64,000 nucleotides of DNA from Acidimicrobiales bacterium (GTDB lineage Bacteria > Actinomycetota > Acidimicrobiia > Acidimicrobiales > RAAP-2): positions 28,080-92,079 of the forward strand of contig DASZLS010000125.1 of NCBI GenBank assembly GCA_035552255.1, read 5' to 3'. This document shows positions 7,692 through 17,196 of this stretch, in pieces (the stretch's first letter is position 1; the number at the start of each line of letters is the position of its first letter). The notes under the pieces were generated by a model. The model was given only the letters and a program-made list of their open reading frames with translations. It was not told where the DNA came from and searched no databases. The position numbers were made by a program, and so were the translations under genes.

Positions 7692-8804
7692 ATGAACTTA
7701 CACCTTTCCAAAAAAAGCGGTCTGCGTAAGCGGGTCGCCCTGGTAGCCCTCGCGGGTACGACCGCTTCACTGTCATTTGTCATATCGGCCACAGCCGGTG
7801 CGGGCGCCGCGTCGAATCCAGGCTTCGCCCTGTATGCGGCTGAGGGCTACGACACCGCCGCCGCGAAAGCCTTCAACGCGACGCACCCCGGTTTCACCGT
7901 TACGGTGAACGACAATTCAACAGGCCCCCTCCTCGAGCAGATCCAGGCCGAAGGGAATAATCCCAAGTGGGGCGTGCTCTGGGCTGACGGCTCAGCAGCG
8001 TTCGCCCAGCTCGACAACGAGGGCTATCTCGTCAAGCACAGCGTCCCGAATGTCAAGTTCAACGCGCTCGGCAAGGAGAACGTGCCCGCCGACGATAGCT
8101 TCACTCCGACAGGCCTCACCGTCACTGGCGCGCTCTGCTACGACTCGAGCCAGGTGTCCGCGTCGCAGCTTCCAAGCACGTGGGCGCAGCTGACCGACTC
8201 CAAGTACAAGGGCATGATCGGCATGAACGACCCGTCCCAGTCTGGACCGACGTACCCCATGATCGCGGGCGTGATGGACGAAGTTGGTCACTACAAGAAG
8301 GGTTCGACCGCGAGCGCTGTCGCTGCCGGTGAGACGTTTTACAAGAATCTCTACAGCAACGGCATCGTGGTGAACTCGACCAACGGTCCGACGATCACGG
8401 CGATGGAGTCCGACTCGATCCAGATGGCGACCATTCAGAGTTCCGCCTGTTACGGCGCCGAGCTCACCAGCTACCCGACGATGCGGGTGAAGTACCTGAA
8501 CTACTCGATCGCGCTGCCGAGCGTGATCGGCATTGACGCGAAGGCCTCCCCGGTCGTTCGCGCTGACGCCCAGAAGTTTGTGAACTGGGTCATGTCACCC
8601 GCTGGTCAGCACGTCATGCAGACTGGTGACCCGACAGGCGACTCCCTGTTCTGGCCGGTCATTAATGGTGAGAAGCCGGCCAACAGCATCATTCCCTCGC
8701 TGGCCTCAACCCACGCAATCTCGCTCGACCCCTACGTCTGGGGACCGCCGGAGGCGAAGATCAACGCGTGGTTTGACGCCAACATCGCCAACGACGGCCT
8801 CTAA
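7692..8804 (+). CDS. ABC transporter substrate-binding protein, family 1 (Fe(III)/FbpA-AfuA-like)
   Basis: 370 aa. Signal peptide with an Ala-rich cleavage region. Overall similarity to iron(III)-type periplasmic binding proteins. Followed by a two-domain permease and an ATPase. Confidence 0.8.
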   Translation: MNLHLSKKSGLRKRVALVALAGTTASLSFVISATAGAGAASNPGFALYAAEGYDTAAAKAFNATHPGFTVTVNDNSTGPLLEQIQAEGNNPKWGVLWADGSAAFAQLDNEGYLVKHSVPNVKFNALGKENVPADDSFTPTGLTVTGALCYDSSQVSASQLPSTWAQLTDSKYKGMIGMNDPSQSGPTYPMIAGVMDEVGHYKKGSTASAVAAGETFYKNLYSNGIVVNSTNGPTITAMESDSIQMATIQSSACYGAELTSYPTMRVKYLNYSIALPSVIGIDAKASPVVRADAQKFVNWVMSPAGQHVMQTGDPTGDSLFWPVINGEKPANSIIPSLASTHAISLDPYVWGPPEAKINAWFDANIANDGL

Positions 8805-8821
8805 ACCATCTCCTAACTGTG

Positions 8822-8858
8822 GATCTCGGCGTCGCGGATCTTCCGCGGCGCCGAGATC
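8822..8858 (+). other. Intercistronic GC-rich stem-loop between the SBP and permease genes
   Basis: GATCTCGGCG t CGCGG atctt CCGCG g CGCCGAGATC: 10 + 5 bp with one internal mismatch. No downstream T-run. Confidence 0.5.
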
Positions 8859-8873
8859 GTATGGAACTGACTC

Positions 8874-10658
8874 ATGGCCCTCGGCACACTTGAACTGACA
8901 CCAGCGACATCCCCGCCCGCGAGCGGCCCGAAGAAGCGACGGACCTCGCTCGGCGGCGTGCTCATCTGGATCGTGTTGACGCTGCTGATCATCGCTCCGG
9001 TGATGTGCTTCATTCTTCTTGCCGTGAGCCCACGAATATTCTCCCAGGGTTCGCAGTGGTTCACGTTCACCTTCATTCGACAGGCCTTCGCGGGATACTC
9101 GGGACGGGCCATCTTCAACTCGTTCTGGGTGGCGACAGTCGTGTCGTTGTTCGCCGTGGCGATCGCGACGACCATCGCGTGGCTCGTGCACCGCACCAAC
9201 ATTCTTGGACGAAGGTTCTGGACGATCGCGATGTGGCTGTTGTTGATGATGCCCACGTGGATGATGACCCTCGGCTGGACCGACCTGCTGCAGCCCTTTG
9301 GTGCTGCGAAGGCGCTCGGAATCAACACCCACTTCATCTACGGCGAGTTCTTCGGGCCGACGGGCATCATTGTCGTCCTCATTGCTGCGGCGCTACCGTT
9401 CGCGTACTTCGTCGTTTCGGCCGGGTTGCAGGGTCTCGGTCCCGAATACGAAGACGCGGCGCGCATTCACGGCGCGGGCTGGCGGCGCACCTTTCAAACG
9501 ATCTTGCCGATCATTGCGCCGGCGATCCTCAGTGCGTTTGCCATCAGCTTCGCCGAGACCTTGAGCGACTTCGGCGTCGCCTTTACGCTCGGCTACCACT
9601 CGCACTTTCCACTGGCCACGTACACACTCTTCTCGGCGATCAGTAATTTCCCCGCGAACTTCTCGGTTGCCGCGGTGATCGCCGCTGTCTTGATCCTCAT
9701 GGTGATCCCGCCGATATTGCTGCAGTCTCGGGTGATGCGGAGCCGTTCTTATGCCGTGCTCTCGGGGAGGACGCGCGCCCCGCGCCGGCGAGAGTTTCGT
9801 CCTCTCGCACGCATCGTGGCCACACTGGGCGTTGCCTTCGTCTTTTTCGTCACACTTGGTGTGCCAATTCTTGGAGCGGTCGTCGGATCATTCGTGGAAA
9901 ACCTCGGCATCTTCTCGACGACCGGGATCCACTGGACCCTCACGTACTACTCACAGGTCTTTCATCCCAACATCTCGGGAAAGGCCCTTGGGGCGCCGCT
10001 CCTTCTCTCGAACCAGCTCGGTTTCTTCGTCGCGACGGGAACCGGTGTCCTCGCGGTCATTCTCGCCAGACGTCTCATCGCGAGTCCTGGTAGCTGGAGC
10101 CAGCGGATCACCGACATCTTCTTGCTCGGTTCGGTCGCCATACCGGGCGTCGTGCTCGGCGTGGGCTACATCTTCTTCTATAACTTGCCCTTCATCACGA
10201 ACAACGTGGCGAACATCTACAAGACCCTTCCGCTGCTGATGTTGGCACTCATCGCCAACGCGGTGCCGGGCCAGACTCGCTTCATGGCGGGACCCGTCAG
10301 CCAAATTCAGCCGTCCCTCGCTGAAGCGGCCCGCGTGCATGGTGCCAGCCGATTTCGAGCGTGGAGCGCGACCAGTCTTCCGTTGATGTCAAGAGTGCTG
10401 CTCTGGGGGTGGCTCCTCACCTTCACTAAGACCCTGTCGGAGCTCGCGATCTCACAGATCCTCTACCCGCCAAGTCAGGAGCCGGCCCCCGTCGCGATTC
10501 AGTCATATTTGAGTGGTTTCGAATCGGGAACCGGTACGGCGATGACCGTGTTGATGCTGCTTGAGATGCTCGGTGTCATCGTGATCGCGCTCGCCATCTA
10601 CCGCGTCGCCACGCCGAAGGGATGGCGAAGAATCGGTTGGACGGGAGCGCAAACATGA
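8874..10658 (+). CDS. ABC transporter permease, duplicated (two-module) FbpB/ThiP-like
   Basis: 594 aa, about 12 TM segments, two BPD-transporter EAA-like loops (EDAARIHGAGWRRTF and AEAARVHGASRFRAW). Confidence 0.9.
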   Translation: MALGTLELTPATSPPASGPKKRRTSLGGVLIWIVLTLLIIAPVMCFILLAVSPRIFSQGSQWFTFTFIRQAFAGYSGRAIFNSFWVATVVSLFAVAIATTIAWLVHRTNILGRRFWTIAMWLLLMMPTWMMTLGWTDLLQPFGAAKALGINTHFIYGEFFGPTGIIVVLIAAALPFAYFVVSAGLQGLGPEYEDAARIHGAGWRRTFQTILPIIAPAILSAFAISFAETLSDFGVAFTLGYHSHFPLATYTLFSAISNFPANFSVAAVIAAVLILMVIPPILLQSRVMRSRSYAVLSGRTRAPRRREFRPLARIVATLGVAFVFFVTLGVPILGAVVGSFVENLGIFSTTGIHWTLTYYSQVFHPNISGKALGAPLLLSNQLGFFVATGTGVLAVILARRLIASPGSWSQRITDIFLLGSVAIPGVVLGVGYIFFYNLPFITNNVANIYKTLPLLMLALIANAVPGQTRFMAGPVSQIQPSLAEAARVHGASRFRAWSATSLPLMSRVLLWGWLLTFTKTLSELAISQILYPPSQEPAPVAIQSYLSGFESGTGTAMTVLMLLEMLGVIVIALAIYRVATPKGWRRIGWTGAQT

Positions 10659-11764
10659 GTACAAAAGGGGCCGGCGTGTCCCTTGACCGCCTGAGCAAGG
10701 AGTTCGGAGAGAAGCTTGCTCTCAACGAGGTGAGCCTCGAAGTCGAGCCGGGCTCCTTCCTCGTGTTGCTCGGGCCGTCGGGCTCGGGAAAGACCACGTT
10801 GCTGCGCTGCCTTGCGGGCATCGAGCGACCGAGCAGCGGTTCCATCTCAATCGATGGGCGTCTTGTCGTTGGCGGAAAGACCTTTGTCGCACCCGATAAA
10901 CGCCACCTCGCCATGGTCTTTCAGGACTACGCGCTGTGGCCGCACCTCACCGTTCGAAAGAACGTCGCGTTTCCCTTGGCGAGCACCGCGTTGGCGAAGT
11001 CTGATCGCGAGAAGCGTTGTGACGATCTCTTGGAGCGCGTCGGCATTGGGCACCTCGCTGATCGCTATCCCAATCAGCTCTCGGGCGGCGAACAGCAACG
11101 CGTGGCGCTCGCTCGCGCGCTCGCCGCCGACGTCGGACTCATCTTGTTCGACGAGCCACTCTCCAATCTGGACGCGGACCGCCGCGAGCAGCTGCGCATC
11201 GAGATTGCGACTCTCACCAGAGAAGCCGGTGCGACGGCCGTCTACATCACCCACGACCAGTCGGAAGCATTCGCGCTGGCTGACCAGATTGGCGTCCTCA
11301 ATCACGGTCGCCTTATTCAGCTCGACACTCCCGAAAACATCTACGCGAAGCCGACGAACTCCTTCGTCGCTCGCTTTACCGGCGTGGCGGGAGAGTTTCC
11401 CGTGGACGTCGTACGTGCGACCGCGGCTGGTCATCACGAGGTCGTGCTGCCCTTCGCTTCGGGTCACGTCCTTCGCGCGTCCACGTCAAACGGCGCGCTG
11501 CCCGACGGTAAAGTGAGTCTGTTCGTGCGATCCGTTGGCGTCTCGCTCTCGGCGCCGGCGAACGACGAAGGCATCGGTGGAGTGATTCGCGATGTTGCTT
11601 TCAACGGTCACGGCTATGACCATGTGGTCGATGTCGGCGACGGCTTTTCGTTGACCAAGATCTTTTCCAACCTACGATTCGATCGAGGTCGCAACGTGAA
11701 GGTCTGCTTTGAGCCGTCGTCGTGCTTTGTAATGGATGCATCAAGGGAGGTGCCAGCAACATGA
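10655..11764 (+). CDS. ABC transporter ATP-binding protein (FbpC/PotA-like)
   Basis: Walker A GPSGSGKTT, signature LSGGEQQR, Walker B LILFDEP, and a C-terminal TOBE-like domain. Start set at ATG 10655, which forms an ATGA overlap with the permease stop; listed ORF begins at 10622. Confidence 0.9.
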   Translation: MSTKGAGVSLDRLSKEFGEKLALNEVSLEVEPGSFLVLLGPSGSGKTTLLRCLAGIERPSSGSISIDGRLVVGGKTFVAPDKRHLAMVFQDYALWPHLTVRKNVAFPLASTALAKSDREKRCDDLLERVGIGHLADRYPNQLSGGEQQRVALARALAADVGLILFDEPLSNLDADRREQLRIEIATLTREAGATAVYITHDQSEAFALADQIGVLNHGRLIQLDTPENIYAKPTNSFVARFTGVAGEFPVDVVRATAAGHHEVVLPFASGHVLRASTSNGALPDGKVSLFVRSVGVSLSAPANDEGIGGVIRDVAFNGHGYDHVVDVGDGFSLTKIFSNLRFDRGRNVKVCFEPSSCFVMDASREVPAT

Positions 11765-12522
11765 TTGGTGTAACGGTTTCATCCGGTGACGCCGTACTCG
11801 TCGGGGCGGTGTTCATCGCCTGCGCGGTCGAGATGGTCGAGGCGCTCACAATCGTCTTTGCCGTCGGCCACACGCGCGGCTGGCGCTCAGCCTTCGAGGG
11901 AACGGCGGTCGCGCTGGTGGTGCTCGCAGCGCTCGTCGCCGCGTTCGGTCCCGCGCTCGTGCACGTGCCACTGACCGTGTTGCGCCTCGTGGTCGGCGGG
12001 GTGCTCTTGATCTTCGGGATGCAGTGGCTGCGCAAGGCAATTCTTCGCTCCAGTGGATTCCTGGGCAAGCACGACGAGGACGCGATCTACCAAAAGAAGG
12101 TCGCCGAGCTCGCGTCGAACGGCACTGCGCCGGGGCGAGACCGCATCGCCTTCGTGATGGCCTTTAAGGGAGTGTTCCTCGAGGGTCTCGAGGTCGTCAT
12201 TACCGTCCTGACGCTGGGCACCGCCGCCCATCGACTGGGGCTCGCTGCCGTGACGGCCGCTATCGCCATCGTCCTCGTCGGGATCGTCGGCGTCGTCGTG
12301 GCGAAGCAGCTCTCGGCTGTGCCCGAGAACGCGATGAAGATGACAGTCGGCGTGTTGCTCGTGAGCTACGGCACGTTCTGGACGGGCGAGGGACTGAAGG
12401 TCAAATGGCCGGGCGGCGACACCATGCTCGTCGGTCTCGTTGCCATTTACCTCGTCGTGACGTGGGCGTACGTCGCGTGGCTGCGCTCAACCAAGTCTCG
12501 GGGTCTGGAGGTGACCGCATGA
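11761..12522 (+). CDS. Uncharacterised polytopic membrane protein (COG4280-like)
   Basis: About 253 aa with 6-7 TM helices. Start chosen at ATG 11761, which forms an ATGA overlap with the ATPase stop; listed ORF begins at 11722. Confidence 0.75.
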   Translation: MIGVTVSSGDAVLVGAVFIACAVEMVEALTIVFAVGHTRGWRSAFEGTAVALVVLAALVAAFGPALVHVPLTVLRLVVGGVLLIFGMQWLRKAILRSSGFLGKHDEDAIYQKKVAELASNGTAPGRDRIAFVMAFKGVFLEGLEVVITVLTLGTAAHRLGLAAVTAAIAIVLVGIVGVVVAKQLSAVPENAMKMTVGVLLVSYGTFWTGEGLKVKWPGGDTMLVGLVAIYLVVTWAYVAWLRSTKSRGLEVTA

Positions 12523-12752
12523 AGGGCTCGTGGCTGACACGCTCGTTGAAGGGATTCGGAATGTTCTGGTGGGATTTTCTCGTCGGTGACACGCCCGAGA
12601 TCTTCGTTGCCGTCGTGGTGATCATTGGCGTGGTGGCGCTGCTCAGTGAGAGCGGTCACCTGAACGCCGCCGCGGCGACGCTCCTTCCAGTGCTCGCGGT
12701 GCTGGCCCTCGGCGCGTCGGTGTGGCGTGCGCAGCGCTCGATGCGCAAATAG
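12519..12752 (+). CDS. Small membrane protein (77 aa, two predicted TM helices)
   Basis: MKGSWLTRSLKGFGMFWWDFLVGDTPEIFVAVVVIIGVVALL... ATG 12519 forms an ATGA overlap with the upstream stop. GC-rich third codon positions. Confidence 0.55.
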   Translation: MKGSWLTRSLKGFGMFWWDFLVGDTPEIFVAVVVIIGVVALLSESGHLNAAAATLLPVLAVLALGASVWRAQRSMRK

Positions 12753-12757
12753 CAGCG

Positions 12758-13534
12758 CTATCGCAGTTCGTACGCAGTCATGGAGAGCGAACCCATCTCG
12801 TAGCCGTCGATGATCGTTGATGTCGGTCGGTCCGCAGCGGAAGCGAGGCCCGCCAGATAGGCGAGCGGTAAGAAGTGGTCGGGGGTCGGCACCGCGAGCC
12901 GGTAATCCCCGTGGGACTGCGTGAGACCCAGTCGGCTGGCGTCGCTCGTCATGATCTCCCGCGCCGCATCGTCAAAGCGATGCGCCCAATCGGTTCCCTG
13001 ACCGGGGGAGTGCCAGTCAATGAGGCGCAAGTTGTGCACGATATTGCCGCTCGCCAAGATGAAGACACCCTCGTTACGCAGCGTGTGCAGTTTCGTTCCC
13101 AGGTTGAAGTGGTAGTCGAAGGGCAGTTCCGCGTTGATCGAGAGCTGCAGCACGGGTATGTTCGCCTCGGGATACATGTGCACCAGCACTGACCAGGTGC
13201 CGTGATCGATGCCCCAGCTGTCGGCGTCCAACCCTACGTAGGTCGGCTCGACCACGTCGATGATGCGCTGGGCGAGCTCCGGATTGCCGGGTGCGGGGTA
13301 CTCGACGTCAAAGAGCGGTTGTGGAAAGCCGTAGAAATCATGGATCGTTCGCGGCACCCGCATGGCCGTGATCGCGGTGATGTTGACGTACCAGTGCGCA
13401 GAGACGACGAGTATGGCTTTGGGCGTAGGCATCGAGGAAGCCAACGTAGACCAAGCGTCCGTGTATCGATTGTGCTCAATCGCGTTCATGGGGCTGCCGT
13501 GACCGATAAAGGCTGCGGGCATGATGTCAGGCAT
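12758..13534 (-). CDS. 4,5-DOPA dioxygenase extradiol (YgiD-like class III extradiol dioxygenase)
   Basis: 258 aa. FIGHGSPMNA, SAHW, IHDFYGFP, DHGTWSVL and SGNIVHNL motifs. Confidence 0.85.
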   Translation of the reverse strand: MPDIMPAAFIGHGSPMNAIEHNRYTDAWSTLASSMPTPKAILVVSAHWYVNITAITAMRVPRTIHDFYGFPQPLFDVEYPAPGNPELAQRIIDVVEPTYVGLDADSWGIDHGTWSVLVHMYPEANIPVLQLSINAELPFDYHFNLGTKLHTLRNEGVFILASGNIVHNLRLIDWHSPGQGTDWAHRFDDAAREIMTSDASRLGLTQSHGDYRLAVPTPDHFLPLAYLAGLASAADRPTSTIIDGYEMGSLSMTAYELR

Positions 13535-13600
13535 GGCACCTCGCTTCGATCCTCAGCGTAGCGGCGACGTCATTTGAGATCGTCAACATAGCCTCCATCT

Positions 13601-14818
13601 ATGCGCGCGCGTCTCATCACCCTCGGCGTCGTTGCCGCCGCGGCTGTCGCCGCGGTGCTCGGATTTGGGCTCTCGCCCTATGGGCCGACGTCTTCGGCGA
13701 CCACTGTGATCGAGGCTGCAAATCTCGCCTGCGCGCAACAGATGGTGAGCACGTGGAGCGTCGCACAACTTGCGAATGAGACCGTCTCGGTGTCGGTGAA
13801 CGCTGCGCAGATCGCCGCGATGGCCCCCGCCGCACGCGACGGCTACGGCGGCATCCTGCTCTTTGGGACGGCGGCACAAGCCAACTTCGCTGCGATTATC
13901 GCAACGCTGCAGCGAGAGACGCCCGACCACGAGACGATGCTCGTCATGACCGACCAGGAGGGCGGCGGCGTCGAACGGCTCACCAATCTGGTTGCGACGC
14001 TTCCCTGGGCGCAGACGATGGGCAAGAACCTCACGACCACGCAGATCACTGAAGAAGGCCTGCGAGTTGGTCGGTCGATGAAGTCGGCGGGCGTGAACAC
14101 CGATCTCGCTCCGGTCGCTGACGTCGACGGACGCGCGGTGGAACCAGGCGAGCAGGACCCTGATGGCTACCGGTCCTTTAGCGGCGTGCCCGCCAAGGCG
14201 GCAGGGGATGTGGTCGCGTTCGCGAAGGGCCTGCGTGAAGCCGGCGTGCTGGCGGTCGTGAAGCACTTTCCTGGTCTCGGTGGGGCGACTGGCAACACTG
14301 ACTATCGCCCCGCCGCGACGCTACCCTGGTCAACCTTGAAGTCGACGGGACTCGTGCCCTTTCGTTCGGCCATCAACAGTGGAGCCAGTGCGATCATGGT
14401 GTCGAATGCGTCGGTGCCTGGCTTCTCGTCGCTTCCTACCAGCATTTCGCCCGACGTCATCAACTACCTGCGCGACAGAATGGGCTTTGGGGGGCTGATC
14501 GTGACCGATTCACTCTCCGCGGGAGCCCTCAGCGCCATCCATCTCGGCGTGCCCGCGGCCTCCGCGAAAGCGCTCGCAGCGGGCGCCGACATGGTGCTCG
14601 CCGGTTCACCCCCGTCGCCCGCTGCCTCATTGCAGCTCGCGGCGGAAACGTCCAGTGCCATTCAACAATCGGTGACAGCTAGCGCGTTGCCGCTCACGAC
14701 GCTGCAGGCTGCGGCCGCGCAGGTGTTGGCGAGCGTCAACATACTGAGTTGTGGCACGAACGCCACCACGACGACGAGCACCACCACGACAGCACCGACG
14801 ATGACCCCAACCACCTAG
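13601..14818 (+). CDS. Secreted/lipo-anchored glycoside hydrolase family 3 (NagZ/LpqI-like beta-N-acetylhexosaminidase)
   Basis: 405 aa. N-terminal signal/anchor, then TDQEGGGVERL and KHFPGLGG GH3 motifs. C-terminal Thr-rich tail. Confidence 0.85.
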   Translation: MRARLITLGVVAAAAVAAVLGFGLSPYGPTSSATTVIEAANLACAQQMVSTWSVAQLANETVSVSVNAAQIAAMAPAARDGYGGILLFGTAAQANFAAIIATLQRETPDHETMLVMTDQEGGGVERLTNLVATLPWAQTMGKNLTTTQITEEGLRVGRSMKSAGVNTDLAPVADVDGRAVEPGEQDPDGYRSFSGVPAKAAGDVVAFAKGLREAGVLAVVKHFPGLGGATGNTDYRPAATLPWSTLKSTGLVPFRSAINSGASAIMVSNASVPGFSSLPTSISPDVINYLRDRMGFGGLIVTDSLSAGALSAIHLGVPAASAKALAAGADMVLAGSPPSPAASLQLAAETSSAIQQSVTASALPLTTLQAAAAQVLASVNILSCGTNATTTTSTTTTAPTMTPTT

Positions 14819-14823
14819 GGCCT

Positions 14824-15345
14824 TCAACTCTTTTCGAGCGCGGCGGCGAGCGTTCGGGCAATGACCTTAGGTTTCAGCGACAGATCGACGGCGATTCCCG
14901 ATTCGTCAGATTCGAGGGTTTCGAGCGTCTCATATTGGGACTCGAGAAGCGAGGCCGGCATGAAAGAGTGCTGTCGGGTCTCCACGTGCGGCCGAACCAC
15001 CTCGATCGGACCGTCGAGCAGAAGGAAGAAGGCGTCGGGGGCGTATTCGCGCAAGAGGTCGCGGTAGGCGCGCTTGAGTGCGGAGCACGCCGTCACATTT
15101 GGACGACCGAGTTCTACTTCTTCGCGTATTCGTTCCCCAACGCGCCGGAGCCACGGAAGGCGGTCATCATCCCCGAGCGGGTGGCCCGACGCCATCTTTT
15201 CGATCGCGCGTGCGCTATGCAGATCATCGGCTTCAATGAACACGTAGCGCCAACGCCGTGCGATGTCCTTGCCGATGTGAGTCTTTCCCGAGCCGGACAC
15301 GCCCATCACGACAATAGGGATCGCACTGGAGTTTGGTCCGCTCAC
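14824..15345 (-). CDS. Gluconokinase
   Basis: 173 aa. P-loop GVSGSGKT, then FIEADDLHS..NI.KM..G.PL.D.DR.PWL pattern typical of GntK. Confidence 0.8.
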   Translation of the reverse strand: MSGPNSSAIPIVVMGVSGSGKTHIGKDIARRWRYVFIEADDLHSARAIEKMASGHPLGDDDRLPWLRRVGERIREEVELGRPNVTACSALKRAYRDLLREYAPDAFFLLLDGPIEVVRPHVETRQHSFMPASLLESQYETLETLESDESGIAVDLSLKPKVIARTLAAALEKS

Positions 15346-16496
15346 CGTGCGGTTGACTTCGTCGATCGGCGCTTTGTGGGATGGGCCAGCTGATCGATCA
15401 GATCGCGGATTTCCTCTGGCGTGAAGTCAAGCGTCGCGTCACCCACCGTGAATTCGATCCGCAGCGACGAGCCACCTTCTTCGACGTAGGGACGCGCGAA
15501 GGTCCAGACTTTTCTGCGCTGGGCAATGTCGAGAGCGCGATCGCGAAGTTCGTCCGGCGAGACCTTGAGCCGCACGTGCATCATCGACGACTGCACGATT
15601 GCGGGCATCACTTCCACGTCGGGCAGATCATCGAGTGCTTTGGATATCGCGACGGCGTGACGGTAGTACTTGCCCATGCGTGGCAGGCGTGTCTCGAGCA
15701 CGCTGAGGGCAGAGGCCGCATAGGGCCACATGCCAAAGAGTCGACCGCCGTGTCGTGTCCGCCAGACGGAGACTTCATCGATGAGATCCTGTTCACCAGT
15801 GACGCAGCAGCCGGTGATGCCACCGAGTCCCTTGTAGAACGACACGTAGACCGAGTCGAAGAGGCTCGCGATCTCGGCGAACGACTTTCGATAGTACGAA
15901 CTCGACTCCCACAATCGCGCACCGTCCAGGTGCACCGCTGCTCCACGATCACGGGCCCACTGGACTTGCGCGTTCAGTTCTCTCCAGCTCGGCAGTGTGC
16001 CGCCGAGGTCACGCTGGGGCAACTCGATGAGCAGCGCGCCCACCGGTTCACGCACGAGCGCAAGGCTCGCCGCGGTCAACGGCAGGTTTCGAGGACCGAC
16101 GGGTATGGCGAAGAGGTCATGCAGAAGCTCGTAGCCGCGCTCCTCGTGCGAGTCGAGATGACACGCCGGATGAAACGCCACGCTCTTCCGGCCGCGGCGT
16201 TGCGCGTGGACTTTCAGCGCGATCTGTTGGGCCATCGTGCCGCTCGGGAGAAATAGGGCGGCGGGTTTGTTGAGGAGCGTCGCTATCTTCGCCTCGAGAG
16301 CGCTGACCGCGCCGCCCACGCCGTAGTAGTCAACATCCGTGTCGACAGGAATCGTCGCGAGGAGATCGCGCGCGATGCGAGGGCCGTGACCGTTCAAGAA
16401 TCGTTCGCACGACATCATGGCGGCTTCGGTGGTCGCGTCACGCGAGTGGGGAGTGGCCGCCGCCCCGCTGCGTCGTGGTGTCGCGGGTGGACTCAT
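15342..16496 (-). CDS. Threonine aldolase / beta-eliminating lyase family PLP enzyme
   Basis: Motifs LPSGTMAQQIAL, HLDGARLW and the PLP-Lys context SFYKGLGG. The start is uncertain (ATG at 16496 or 16418). The Arg/Ser-rich N-terminal extension of the listed 440-aa ORF looks non-coding. Confidence 0.75.
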   Translation of the reverse strand: MSPPATPRRSGAAATPHSRDATTEAAMMSCERFLNGHGPRIARDLLATIPVDTDVDYYGVGGAVSALEAKIATLLNKPAALFLPSGTMAQQIALKVHAQRRGRKSVAFHPACHLDSHEERGYELLHDLFAIPVGPRNLPLTAASLALVREPVGALLIELPQRDLGGTLPSWRELNAQVQWARDRGAAVHLDGARLWESSSYYRKSFAEIASLFDSVYVSFYKGLGGITGCCVTGEQDLIDEVSVWRTRHGGRLFGMWPYAASALSVLETRLPRMGKYYRHAVAISKALDDLPDVEVMPAIVQSSMMHVRLKVSPDELRDRALDIAQRRKVWTFARPYVEEGGSSLRIEFTVGDATLDFTPEEIRDLIDQLAHPTKRRSTKSTAR

Positions 16497-16586
16497 CGAC
16501 CTGATTCTATTGAACAGGCTCGCTGCAGTCCGAAGTACGAGAAGGCGTGCGCGACGTATTCGTGAGTTACAAGGGACTCGTGAGCG

Positions 16587-16616
16587 TTGACGACTTCTCG
16601 TGGACGTCGATACAGT
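16587..16616 (+). promoter_or_regulatory. Candidate promoter TTGACG-N18-TACAGT for the PEBP/MBL operon
   Basis: TTGACG at 16587-16592 and TACAGT at 16611-16616 (TANNNT). GGAG Shine-Dalgarno before the ATG at 16666. Confidence 0.35.
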
Positions 16617-16665
16617 GAGGGAGGAGCGGGCGCGACGATGCGTCCCCCTCGAGAGGAGACCCACA

Positions 16666-17196
16666 ATGGCGAGAAACCCCTACGAAGACTTGCCGCAGGT
16701 ACCGTCCTTTGATCTCACGTCGACCGACATCACTGACGGCAGTGCGTTGTCGATGCCGCAGGTCAGTGGTCTCATGGGATCGGGCGGAGAGGATGTATCG
16801 CCCGAGCTGTCCTGGAGCGGCTTTCCGAACGAGACGAAGGGTTTTGCCGTCACGGTCTACGATCCGGTTGCGCCGACAGCTTCGGGTTTCTGGCACTGGG
16901 CAGTCGCCAATATTCCTGTCACGACCACGTCGCTACCGTCGGGCGCGGGCGACGAGAAGGGCAGCGGCCTTCCGCAGGGTGCGTTGCAGCTCGCGAACGA
17001 CGCCAGTATGAAGCGCTACGTCGGCGCGGCACCGCCTGCCGGGCACGGCACCCACTACTACTACTTCGTGGTGCACGCCCTCGACGTCGATCACCTCGAC
17101 CTGCCCGACACCGCCACCCCGGCGTACCTCGGATTCAATCTGTTCATGCACACGTTGGCTCGCGCCATCATCGTCGCGAACTACGAACAGCACTGA
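16666..17196 (+). CDS. YbhB/YbcL-family phosphatidylethanolamine-binding (PEBP/Raf-kinase-inhibitor-like) protein
   Basis: 176 aa from [23 protein letters not shown]-like DPVAP, WHW, and [15 protein letters not shown] motifs. Confidence 0.85.
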   Translation: MARNPYEDLPQVPSFDLTSTDITDGSALSMPQVSGLMGSGGEDVSPELSWSGFPNETKGFAVTVYDPVAPTASGFWHWAVANIPVTTTSLPSGAGDEKGSGLPQGALQLANDASMKRYVGAAPPAGHGTHYYYFVVHALDVDHLDLPDTATPAYLGFNLFMHTLARAIIVANYEQH

